DNA of 64,000 nucleotides, taken from an uncultured Candidatus Woesearchaeota archaeon (GTDB lineage: Archaea > Nanobdellota > Nanobdellia > Woesearchaeales > GW2011-AR9). Within the stretch, counting starts at the first letter, position 1. Every line of letters begins with the position of its first letter. Positions 1 through 11,800 of this stretch are shown here, piece after piece. Made by a program: the position numbers and the translations under genes. Under the pieces are notes generated by a model. That model saw only the letters and a list, made by a program, of their open reading frames with translations, was not told where the DNA came from and made no database searches. Location of the stretch: NCBI GenBank assembly GCA_902529885.1, contig CABZYC010000001.1, positions 89,719 through 153,718 on the forward strand. The letters are read 5' to 3'.

Positions 1-505
1 CTTCATTATACGTTAAGTCTGCAACAACTGTACCATCAACTTGACCAACAGCAACACTTGCAACCATGTCAGTCATTGGAATTCCTGCATCAGCAAGTGC
101 AATACTACTTGCAGAGATAGCTGCACAGCGTGTACCTGCATCTGTTTGCGGTAATTCAACAAACACGTCAACAATGGTGTTAGGATACTTGCTTAAATCT
201 ACGACAGGTTCTAACGCACCAGTCATTACTTTTCCAATTTCTTGACTCCGACGCTTATGACCAGGCCGTATCCGGCTACCATACCCACTAAAAGGCATCA
301 TGTTATAATGAAACCGTAAAATTCCTTTAGTTGGATTAGCTAAAAAACGAGGAGCAGGCCTTGGACCATATACTGCAACATAAACAACAGTGTTACCAAC
401 ACGAAAATATGCAGAACCGTCAGCATTAGGTATTACACCTGAACGTGCTTCCATTTCACGAAGCTCTTTGGTCTTCCGTCCATCAAGCCGTTTATTGTAC
501 GCCAT
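1..505 (-). CDS. rrp41: Exosome complex exonuclease Rrp41 (RNase PH-like), N-terminal part. The gene continues past the window start.
   Basis: The reverse-strand translation from ATG at 503-505 reads MAYNKRLDGRKTKELREMEARSGVIPNADGSAYFRVGNTVVYVAVYGPR..., a typical archaeal Rrp41 N-terminus. It overlaps the Rrp4 3' end by 14 nt, the standard Rrp4-Rrp41 operon order. It is absent from the ORF track because it runs off the edge. Confidence 0.85.
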   Translation of the reverse strand, partial: MAYNKRLDGRKTKELREMEARSGVIPNADGSAYFRVGNTVVYVAVYGPRPAPRFLANPTKGILRFHYNMMPFSGYGSRIRPGHKRRSQEIGKVMTGALEPVVDLSKYPNTIVDVFVELPQTDAGTRCAAISASSIALADAGIPMTDMVASVAVGQVDGTVVADLTYNE

Positions 506-1175
506 TTAAATAAGCCTCCACCTTCTCTGTTAAGCCGCTCTGGTGAGCATGTTCATTAACAATTTTAATCGCGTTCTCTGCACGATACTCGTTTTCGGGA
601 GTATCTGCACGAATCCACACTAAGCCATTCTGGCCAACAGTAATATCTGCATTAGTTTGCTTTTTAATTAAGCCAATCATGCTACCCATTTTACCAATAA
701 CCCGTGGCACTTTATTACAATTAATTTTAATCACTCGCCCACCTTCTAAACGATGAAGTTCGGGGTCACGCATCCCAACGTCAACCATGTTTTGAGAACT
801 AACTTTGGTTATCTTAACAACACAAAAATCGCCTATATCAAGCAGGTTACGTAAATTTTCTGATTTTACAAATTTGTTACTTGCATCACGCACAGGTAAC
901 ATTGCAGGATAAACAGAGCCAGTATTAATACGCCACCCACTCATTAAAATATCGTACACTTTCCCAATTATTTTATCGCCAACCCTCGGGAAATAAGGGC
1001 CGTTCAAAGGAGTTACTTTAATAACGCGGCCATCAGTGCCGACTGTCCCTAATCGTTTTGCAACAATTTCTTCCTCACGACGAAAGGTGTTATCACCAGG
1101 TAGGTGGTCCATCCCCGTCGCTAATATTTGACCTGGCACAACTACTTGCCGTGCCTCAACGTGTATATTACTCAT
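492..1175 (-). CDS. rrp4: Exosome complex RNA-binding protein Rrp4 (S1 + KH domains)
   Basis: A 227-aa protein with an N-terminal domain, a central S1-like segment (GDxVIGKV) and a C-terminal KH-like segment (VIGKMGSMIGLIKKQT). It is positioned between the SBDS and Rrp41 genes as in the archaeal exosome superoperon. Confidence 0.9.
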   Translation of the reverse strand: MSNIHVEARQVVVPGQILATGMDHLPGDNTFRREEEIVAKRLGTVGTDGRVIKVTPLNGPYFPRVGDKIIGKVYDILMSGWRINTGSVYPAMLPVRDASNKFVKSENLRNLLDIGDFCVVKITKVSSQNMVDVGMRDPELHRLEGGRVIKINCNKVPRVIGKMGSMIGLIKKQTNADITVGQNGLVWIRADTPENEYRAENAIKIVNEHAHQSGLTEKVEAYLNGVQ

Positions 1176-1818
1176 TGTAAATCTCTATCGTACCGTGCGC
1201 TACAGACTGTAACATGTCAATTAAGCGCTGTTGGAAACCAGCCGGTACTTCCACTTTTATCCTCCAACTACCAGACGAATCCCATTGCTCTTTTAAAAGC
1301 TTACTGTTCTGTCTGACAGTATGTTGAGTTGCACCAACATATTGGGCAGGAATAATTATAGTAAAGACTTTAGTTTCTATACTAATAGGTATTATTGGTC
1401 TAAGCCTACGAATTATATCATCAAACTGACTTTTTACGCTCGCATGCTCAGACAAATGAACTTTGGCCTGTTCAAGCGAAGATTGAATCACACTTTTTGT
1501 AAAAACTATTTTTGTTTGCGCATTAACACTGTTAACCTGTATCATATCGATCAAACGGTTCCATCGTTGTTCACGCTGCTTTTTGCGAACATCTGCTGGA
1601 ACCAAAATTTCTCCTCTTGAAGTCATTATAAGGATAACGTCTGCTGCAACAGTAGTGTTAAACACTGTCTGCAATTCTTGGTTTGATGGTCGTAAACCCT
1701 GACTTATATCAGTATAAATATCAGTCAGTAGATAGTCACCATCAGGAAAAAGATCGTAATCTATCTCTGCTTCAAAATGTTCGTTACCTTTTTTATAACG
1801 TACAAGTGTCCGGCTCAT
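1168..1818 (-). CDS. Ribosome maturation protein SBDS/Sdo1 homologue
   Basis: A 216-aa protein with an SBDS-like (FYSH-like) N-terminus MSRTLVRYKKGNEHFEAEIDYD. It sits between psmA and rrp4 exactly as in the conserved archaeal exosome/proteasome superoperon. There is an 8-nt overlap with the rrp4 start. Confidence 0.75.
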   Translation of the reverse strand: MSRTLVRYKKGNEHFEAEIDYDLFPDGDYLLTDIYTDISQGLRPSNQELQTVFNTTVAADVILIMTSRGEILVPADVRKKQREQRWNRLIDMIQVNSVNAQTKIVFTKSVIQSSLEQAKVHLSEHASVKSQFDDIIRRLRPIIPISIETKVFTIIIPAQYVGATQHTVRQNSKLLKEQWDSSGSWRIKVEVPAGFQQRLIDMLQSVAHGTIEIYNE

Positions 1819-2516
1819 TTAAGGTATGTCTTTAAGTCAGCAGAACTCAGATGTTTTTTACCATCACTCTTCACTATAACTGCGTCAACACGGTCAATAC
1901 TAAAGTCTCCTTGTAAATATTCTTTTAAACTATTCACTGCGAGAGATAAGCCTTCTTTGACAGAGATTGAAGCACGATACTTTTTTTGTAATACTTCAGT
2001 GATCTCTTGCTCACCTTCACCAATAACTACTGCTTTATACTGAAAATATAAGCCGTAAGGTTCAGTTAAATACAATTTTGGTGAACCGTCATTTTCAACA
2101 CCTGCAATCAATAAACTTACACCGAATGGCCGAAGACCGCCTGACTGAGTACATATCTGTTTTAAATCACATATCTCTTTTACGATTGATAACACATCAA
2201 TAGGTGAATCATACGTTACACGGTGCTGCTGACTTTTAACCTGTGCACGGTCAACAAGTACACGAGCGTCAGGGATAATACCTGCTGCAGTCAATACAAC
2301 ATGGTCGTCAACATCGAACACCTTCTCTACACTTTCTGGAATCATTAGTTTGCTTGCAACACGCTTATCAGCTACTAACACAACACCGTCTTTACACATT
2401 ATACCAATAGCCGTGCTACCTTGCTTAACAGTCTTTTTTGCATATTCTACCTGTAACAATCGTCCGTCAGGACTAAACATTGTAATACTACGATCATAAC
2501 TCATTTTATCAATCAT
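1815..2516 (-). CDS. psmA: Proteasome alpha subunit
   Basis: Contains YDRSITMFSPDGRLLQVEYA, the canonical proteasome alpha signature. The protein is 233 aa and its ATG was confirmed at 2514-2516. Confidence 0.95.
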   Translation of the reverse strand: MIDKMSYDRSITMFSPDGRLLQVEYAKKTVKQGSTAIGIMCKDGVVLVADKRVASKLMIPESVEKVFDVDDHVVLTAAGIIPDARVLVDRAQVKSQQHRVTYDSPIDVLSIVKEICDLKQICTQSGGLRPFGVSLLIAGVENDGSPKLYLTEPYGLYFQYKAVVIGEGEQEITEVLQKKYRASISVKEGLSLAVNSLKEYLQGDFSIDRVDAVIVKSDGKKHLSSADLKTYLK

Positions 2517-2833
2517 TTTAATTCCTCTTTCGCTTTCGCGATAATACCAGTGGTTAACACACTAGATATGGTAACTTCTTTATTTTTATACATTGTGATA
2601 AGAAACATTGACTTAATAACATCTTTCACGTACGAAGGTGCACAACGTACAATGAAACGGTTCCCTTCAACACATTCAGGTAACAACTGTATACCGCTAT
2701 CCCCTAGATACATACCAAAACACTTTTCAAACTGCTTTTGCACCATTGAAAGTAACTCTTTTTTAGACAGCTTAATTGAACATTCAAACAAGACATAACG
2801 TTTCTTATCCTTTAAAGAAGGGCGAAGTTTCAT
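2513..2833 (-). CDS. RNase P protein component Pop5/Rnp2-like
   Basis: A 106-aa protein beginning MKLRPSLKDKKRYVLFE, the Pop5 family N-terminus. It lies directly upstream of psmA in the exosome superoperon. Confidence 0.65.
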   Translation of the reverse strand: MKLRPSLKDKKRYVLFECSIKLSKKELLSMVQKQFEKCFGMYLGDSGIQLLPECVEGNRFIVRCAPSYVKDVIKSMFLITMYKNKEVTISSVLTTGIIAKAKEELK

Positions 2834-2857
2834 ATCACAACAAGAACTGTACTATTT

Positions 2858-5800
2858 TTAAAACTTGCCACCTTCAAGCTCTTCACGAAGGTCCACAATC
2901 TTTTGGTACACTTTACTTTGTAGTACAGGACTTAAACTTCCATACATCTTGTACACCTTCATGTAATATTTGCGTTTTTCTGTAGACTTATCAGACTTTT
3001 TAGCTAAATCAATCAAATTTTCAATACGTTTCTCAGCAAGTAATTGTCCTTCTATCTGTGAACGTAAACTCATTACGCGGCCATAATAATCTTGCTTTTT
3101 ACTTTCACTCAGTTTCATATACAATTCGTAAGCTGACCCATAATGACTTTTCAAGGTGTCTACACTTGACACATCAACACTACCTTCAATCTTGCGTAAA
3201 CGTCTTCGTAATCGGCGGTGTGGGGCTATTAAATCGTACCCAATGAATAAGCCGCCAAGGAACGTAAAACCACCTATTCCTGAAGCTAATAGTAACGTCA
3301 TGTTAACGGGCCCTTCCTCTTGCTGCACAATAACTTGTGGAGGAGTAACCACTATCTGTTCAGGGACAGTTTTGGCATCACTAAAGTCGCCCGGGCACCA
3401 TTGTTCTTCTGTAGGTTTTTCTTTACGTAGAAAGTTCCCTAACCCGTACTCTTCAAAACAGCTGTTTGCATCAGTACAATCTCGAACTTGAAAGTTATCA
3501 TCACAAACAGACCAGTCGCCACATTCCCATTCCTGCGTACAATCATCAGAAGTCAAGGTGTAACTTGAACCACCACCAGATGAACTGCTACTAGATGAAC
3601 TTCCGCCACCGCCACCGCCACCGCCAGATGAACCGCCACTTGATGAACCACTATCATCATCAGAACTACTGTCATCAGAACTATCATCGTCATTTGTTAA
3701 AGCTGCTAACCTTGAAGTGAGGCTACTTGTATAATTACCTAACAAAGGCAGATAATCCCCACCAACACTTATGTTGCCGGACGCATTGTACGGAACAGGC
3801 CTATCTGCAATACCATCACTTGAAATGTTTGGGATCCCAGAATAAGTACCGTTCCCATCATCTTTCCCATCATCTTGGTAATCACTGTACCAGTTACCAC
3901 CAGTACAGTTGTTGCCCAGAATGTTTGTTTTGGAACAATCATACGATGAATTAAAGATAGTATCATTATGACTAATTATTGAAACGTTACTTGTGTTAAA
4001 TATATTATCATAGACCCTTATGCTAGCATTCGTAATGTCTACACCAATTGGACAATTAAACTCGTTACCTGCAACCTGTATAAAATTTGCAACAGATATG
4101 TTTCTAATTTTAACACATGTATCATTCGCACCAACGTACGTGCCACGGATATAACCTTCGTTATTATCCCTACGAGATATTCCTGTCACAACATCATAAA
4201 TCGTGGAATTAAGAATGTATGCATCACCTAACTGTGATACACCCAACACCGAACCTTTGATTACAGAACGGTTAATAGTACCATGATCCACCATTGTTGC
4301 CCCAATACTAAAATTAGAAACAATACAGTTTTTGAACGTATTCTGAGCACTCATGTTCACAGCCATGCCTGTCCCATTACCAATAAGACTATGGCCTGAA
4401 CAGTCAAAAGTTATGGCAGGAGTTTGCAGGTTAAAACAAGTTTCACCATCAGTTAAGTTTATTGTAATATCTTGGTTCAAGGTTACATTCATTGTAACAT
4501 TCTGTTCAGTACCACCACAACTTATTTCCCCTACCTCTGTCAAGGGCAGCATGTCACCAAACGCCCCTGTATCAGAACCGTTGAATGGAAGCAAAGTTTC
4601 ACCTACACCGTCCAAATCTACGTCCCAGCCATCGTAGCTACCCCAGTAATTACCACCAGTACAATTACCACCAAGAATGTTAATGCTTGAACAGTTCAAA
4701 GTAGTATTCCAAGAAATATCTGAATGTACATCATGGTATGCAGGATAGGTTGTGTTAAACAAATTATTGTACAATGTTACATTAGTCGTGTTTTGGAAGT
4801 AAACACTATAATTCTTCAAATTATATGCTTTATTATTAGCCATCACAGTCGAGTTTACTGTATCAAAAGTGACAGTTGTAGTACTATGATTGAAAGTATT
4901 ATTCAATAAATTACTTCCACTAACCTTGTACATCATTAAAGGTACGCCATCAGAACCATTAAACAAGAGCTTGAACACAGTCAATGAAGCAGTATTCCTT
5001 ACTGTAACCCCATTTGTAGAATTATAAATTGAAACATTTGTAATGTTAACACCATCAATTAGATTGAGGTACATAGCTTCAGTTACAAAATTGTACAATA
5101 CGTTATTTTCCAATGTAAGATTATCTGAAGCAAGAACACGTACACCAACAGTACCATTCACAAACGTGTTATCAAATATTTGGTTATGATCAGATTCAAC
5201 CAATTGAACACTTCGATTCAAACGAAGGAACGTGTTAGAAGTAATATAACTATTATTTATTTCACTAAAATTAACACCAATAAAACTGTCAGCGATAGTC
5301 ATCCCACTTATGTTTATGCCCACTGCAGGATCAACATAAACAGCCGTTGTAAAATTGCTTACAGTACCACCAGTCAAAGTCACATTATCATAATCACTAA
5401 TGTTCACGCCAATACCGCTACCGTTACCAATAAGTTCATTACCGTTAAGGTCAATCACAATGTTGTCTGCTTTCACAATGAAGGCTGACTGGTTACATGA
5501 AACATCTTCAGTTAAAGTAATATCATGGTAAATGTGTGCGCCGCACATCATATTAAAATCAACGTATGCAACACCACTCCTGTTAACAACAGGCGCAGTA
5601 TTGAAATTTACCAAATAGTGTGAACTGTTCGCAGACGCGTTCATTGCACCACCCATAGATTTTATCCGTCTATCACAACTGTCTGGTTCTAACCCAGTAG
5701 CGTTCCAATCAATGCAAACCCCACCATTCAAACGTTGTTGATGCTGTAACATAACAGTTGCATAATCAACCTCGCTACGTTCAGCAGTGTTACCAAGGTC

Positions 5801-8800
5801 AGTAATGCCACTAAAATTAAAATAAGTGTTTGTACCATTACTTGATAACACAAAAGTGCTGGCGTTAAAGTCAGTCTCATTAAACAAGGACCTAAACCGC
5901 CAAATAGGGTAAGAACTACTGTACGTAATATACTGCCAAACGTTAGGTACAATCTCGCCATCTTCAAGCGTGCCCGTATAAGAAGCTGTAGCTGTCAAAC
6001 TTGCAGTTGCACTATCAGACGGTGCATAGTATACACGGCTCACATACAACATTAAAGGTAACTCATCATGCGTGTCAGAATCAATATTGTACCGAGTAGG
6101 CTGATCACTAATACCGTCACCTTCTACACCACCATTATACCCGTTGTCAAGCCCGTAAAAGTCATTGTAAAAGTTTCCGCCCTTACATGGTCCGCCAACA
6201 ATGTTTGGACCATCCGAGCAAGTGTATGAACCGTACCAAGTGTTACTACCGGTATCATCAACATTTTCGGTGTTATCAAAATAATTGTCTTTAATAGTAT
6301 TAGAATCACTTGACGTAATATTTAACCCGTACCCATTATCTTCAATCCAGTTCTCAGCAATAATGTTACCGTCACTATCACCTTGCAATAACATACCGCC
6401 TGCGTTACGTCGTAGAACGTTGTACACTATGTTCATTGAATCAACATCAGTAAAATTGTACGCAGTCTTATTACTATCCTGGATGTCAATGTCCCTAAAA
6501 TGTTCTCCTAAAACACTGTTCAATACAGCAGTTGTGTTCAAGTTAAAAAAGCGGGCGTTCAAATAATCAGTGTTACTAACCACCATGGTGTCTGCTGACG
6601 AATAAGATAATTGAATGTTTGAACTAGTGTCAACCTCAATTGTGTCTTCAAGCGTGTTATTTGTGAAAAGGTTTTCTGCTAAATTTGATTTCACAATATC
6701 AACCATAGTAACATTCACACTTGTTATGTTCATTACAGTCAAATCTGATGCACCGTCAATATCTAAAAACCTTGAATATGTATCACCATAAATGTTTAAC
6801 AAGGCAACGTCTGCAAACCCAACAGAACCATTAGATGTATAGGTATTATTTATAGAATGCACATTTGTGCTTGAACCTACTTGCATCACGCTTAAATCGC
6901 TACTAAAATTGTTATCTGACAAATTTAGATTGTCAATATCACTAAGCATAATGTGTGCAGTACTAGCTTTGGACGCACTCCCATCAAATATGTTACCGCT
7001 CATGTTAACACCACCAATATCACCGTGGAATCGTAATGCATACTGTGAACTTTCACCAAACGTATTATTTTTAATAGTTATACCCGACACATTTTGGTAC
7101 ACACGCAATAAAGTTCGTGCGTCGTTAAACGTATTCTTGTAATACGTGTGAGCTTCACTAAAGGTTGCACTATACGACGCAAAATAATCGTGTCTATCAT
7201 AAGTGTTATACTGTACACTTGCACCGTCAACATTAACAAAGTATGACCCGTGATAATTCCTACTAAAATCGTTGCTGTGCACATAAACATTATCACTGTC
7301 AAACATGAACACACCGTAAAACTTTTTGTTCAAAGCAATAATGTTATCCGTCACATTTACATAAGACCCGTTCACAACATAAATCCCGTTATTATCACGT
7401 TCTAAGGAAGTGTTAGTAATAGTAGTATCATTCACGTCAACCATGTAAATACCATAAAAACTATTGTCAGTGATAACATTCTCTTTATCAATGTTAATCA
7501 CACTACCGCCTTGAATGTTAATACCATAATAAAAGTTCGATATGTTACATTCACGTATTGTAATGTTATTATAACCAATACTCTTAATCCCTGAACCAGA
7601 ACCAGACCCCATGATACTATAACCATTACAATCTAATAGAACGTTATCTGCAGCAATGTAGACTGCTTCATCTTCATCACAAAAAATGTCAGTATTCAAG
7701 GCAGTATCTTCTGTTATACTTATACAATTACTATGGCCTTCACCATCATCATTAGTCAATGGAAAATAGTCTAAATCGTCGTTAATTTGGTATGGAACTT
7801 GAGTGTCACCCACCATGTCACCTTGCACAGAATAGTTACCAAACCCACTCCCACTATCCATCCCAGCATAATTACCGTAATAGTTACCACCAGACATGTT
7901 ACCGCCAAGAATGTTTGTCCCGAGTTGGTACGTAACATTAAAACTGTTCGAACTATTAGAATCCTGGTACACATTATATTCAGTACAGCTAGAACTGCAG
8001 TCAGTTACATTAATGATGTTGTTATACACTAAATTATCAGTACTATTAATGATGTCTAAACCAGTATAAGTTATGCCATATATTGTATTGTTCACAATTA
8101 AACTGTCAGTAGTATCCTCTAAACGAATACCATAATCACTATTATTAATTGTAATATTGTTAACCACGATATTGTTTGATGGATCAATATAAACACCTAT
8201 GTCAAACCCAAAAATGATGCCGTTATTAATACTCACGTTCTCTGCATCTTCGACTTTTATTGCGTACCCTTCACCTTCACCTTGAAACGTAAATCCACCT
8301 AGGTCAAACACTAAGTCGTCGCCAGTGATAAGATAACATGCTTCACCATCACTAAGTGAGTCAACATAAAGGTCAGCAGTCATACTAAAATCGCTTGTAA
8401 CTTCTTGGCAGTCAGGAGTACCTATCAAAGGTAGACTATCATTAATAAAAGTGGTACTATCATTGTAAGGTACTAAAGTGTCACCGATAAAATCACCTGA
8501 CACGTTCGGAACATGTTCATTGCTAGCATTACCGTTATCAACCCCTGTGTACCCACTCCAATAATTACCACCTATGTAAGAGTTACCAACAATATTTGTC
8601 CCGCTTGAAAGTTGGCGATACGATACATTCCAAAAGTGGGTTCCTGAAACTACAACGTTGGGTTTACCTGAATCGTTCCGAAACAAATTGTTGTAGATAG
8701 TACTGTTTATACCTGAGATGTTTAACGAAAGGTTTTTAGAATTAATGAATTTATTTGCTGTAATATTAGTAGAATTTGCAAACTCAACAACTAAACCAAA

Positions 8801-11800
8801 ACTATTATCTTCAAAAATATTACCTGAAATTGTCTTATTAGTACCATTGTAGTAATATAAACCGTACACATTATTTTCAAACGTACTATCCTCAATTGTA
8901 GCGTTACCGTAAACATGCAGAATACTATTATTATAATATTCGATTGAAGATAAAGTGGAAGTTCCGTTAATTGTCACCTCAGTAACATTTGTTAACACAA
9001 CATTGTCGAAGGTAACATTCTCTAGGTTTAAAGTATAATCACTTATGAATGTCACATTACTATCTTCTATTGTAGCAGTATGATTAGCTAAAATCAAGTT
9101 CGAGAAATGTTCAACGTTACAATCTACAACCGTTATAGAGTCATACCCAGTCGCATTAATAAAGGAACCAGTACCGTTACCAGTTACATTATAACCATCA
9201 CAATCCAAGGTGATATCGTCTGCTGCAAAATAGAAGCATGAGCCATTGCTTGAAAGATCACTCATCAATGTAATCGACTCACTATACGTCCCACCACATT
9301 GTGGTTCCCCTGGTGTTGTCAAAGGATAATAGTCACCTGGACTAAAATTACCTTCTTGAGTATAAGGGTAACTTAAGATAGATGTCCCATTCCCATAGAT
9401 ATCAGCAATACCATCACCAGTAATATCTGTTACATTAAGCTCAGCATAAAAGTTTCCTCCAAAATATACGTTACCATTTGCAGTGTCAGACACATTATAG
9501 TAAATATTATTGTCTCTCCCAGAAATAATTTGGGGGGTTATATTAAAATGGTTATATCCAGAGGTATCATTTATATTTATTGTATTCCCACTGAAATAAT
9601 TGTTAAAAATAGATACATTATTATTTATTGAACCAGATGAAGGAAATTGAATCCCTTGCTGGTTGTTAATAAAAAAAAAGTCAGTTATATTGATTGGATG
9701 TTTGGTGCCATTCAAAGCACGCATATAAAGGCCAATAGTATTATTCGTTATATTGACTATGCCCGAACCATAAACTGGATCAGATTCATAACGAGGAGGA
9801 ATGATACCAGCACAGTTACTATATATCCCTATTGAATTATTAGTTAAAATTATTGATTCCGCACGAGATAGATCAAAATAAGATTGTTCATCTAAACAAC
9901 TATTCGACGTGACCGCCCATAATCCCTCTGTGTTATTTTCTATTAACACGTTACCTATAATCTCAATCATCCCATAATGGTTTGGATTTATACGAAGACC
10001 ACTATCACCTCCACTAATGTTAACTTGATCTATGAAAGCTTCACCATCTTCAATTAATACGCCCCAACCCATAGAGGATGAAGTGTTAAAAACACCAGAA
10101 ATTGTTGGTTTTTGACCACCAAGGTTATCAACTAATATACCAAACCTCCAATAATCTAAGAATGTATTTAACTCAGTGGTTGATAGCGTCATTGAACTAT
10201 TTTCTAAATGGATTCCAGTATACCCCCCTTGTATCAAATTTCCTTCAATTATTAATTCATCATCACTAACATCTTCTAATTTTATTGCAGTCCCAACGGC
10301 CGCAGGCGCAGTTATATTTACAAATGAGTTATGGCTTATATTATTCTTCAATGAACCTGCCAATAACTCAATATGGATGAGATCCCAACCACCATAGAAA
10401 GGTCCAAACGTGTTATCATACACTTTATTCCCACCCATTGCAGTTGCAGTCGAAGTAATTATTGGCCCACCATTAAATACAATACCTCGTGTAGAATTAG
10501 TAAAGTTTGTCCAACTCGCATTTTCAGCCAGTGTTTCGCTTGAATTCCAATCAATAAACGTGTTACTATGTATCAAACTGTCGTGGACCCGGTCTTTCAA
10601 AAAGACATTCTCAATATTATTGTGGATACTATTATTATACAACGTTAGATCATTCGTGTCTTCTAAATATACACCGTACGTAAAATTAATGAATTCGCAG
10701 CCTTGAATTGTAACATTGTCATACCCAATAACTTCTATAGCACGCATGTGTGTTTCATTAGCATTTGAACCTTGCCCAATAAACCTTGTACCGTCACATG
10801 TCAAAATTGTATCATCACAAGTAATAGCTAAACCTTCTCCACCCTCGTCTGCATAAATGTCCATGTCCGGACATGTAACTTCACCACATATAGACCCAGG
10901 TATACTACACACATTCTCAATAAGGGGGTAACGGTCACCTTGGTCAAGAATCGGTTCAATCGATTCATTAGTACGGTGAGGCGTGTCAGTGTTACCTAAA
11001 CCGTCACCATCTGTATCATAACCGTGGTATGATCCCCAAAAGTTACCTCCAAGAAAGTGGCCGCCAACAATATTAGATTGGACTGGATCTAGGTCGTACA
11101 AAGGAGACTTTGCAACGTTCCAATACACATAACTGTTACTGTCTGTTTGTGCATTATCTTGACCATCCAAAAACTTGTTATCATAAATGACAGAAGCATT
11201 ATAATCAGTTAACTGTGTACGATCTGATCCATTCACTAAAGTCTCATTAAGATCATCACCAGAATCGTCACCAGTAAACAAAGCGGTGTTATTTACGTTT
11301 TGAATTAATAATGTCCCATTACTGAACGTGTTTAATGAAATTAAATGACCATACGTCCCATCAATGAACAAAGACTGGGTGTTGTTATCCATTAAGTTAG
11401 AAAGGATTGTGTTTTCTAAACCACCTGTGTCCATTCGAACACCATGGTCAAAACCATAGATCCTACAATTTTTAATGGTAACATTATCTCGCCCAGAAAG
11501 TTTGAACCCACTAAAATTATGGGTTGCGTTAGCTTGACAATCCATACAAGTTATACTGTGATTCCGACAATTAATCTCAACATTATCACGTTTTAAAACA
11601 AAACCATCCTCCTCATAACACTCAAAATCGTGTGCAATGTTATCTATACTTTCATACACTGCAATATCGCAGGAAGATATTGTTTCAACACCAATAATTG
11701 CACCCAATAAATTTCCATCTGAAGCGAAATATATGCCGCCAATAGCAACAGCTACTAACATGATTGCAGCTAACGCTAATGAGCCTCGGGTATTACGTTC

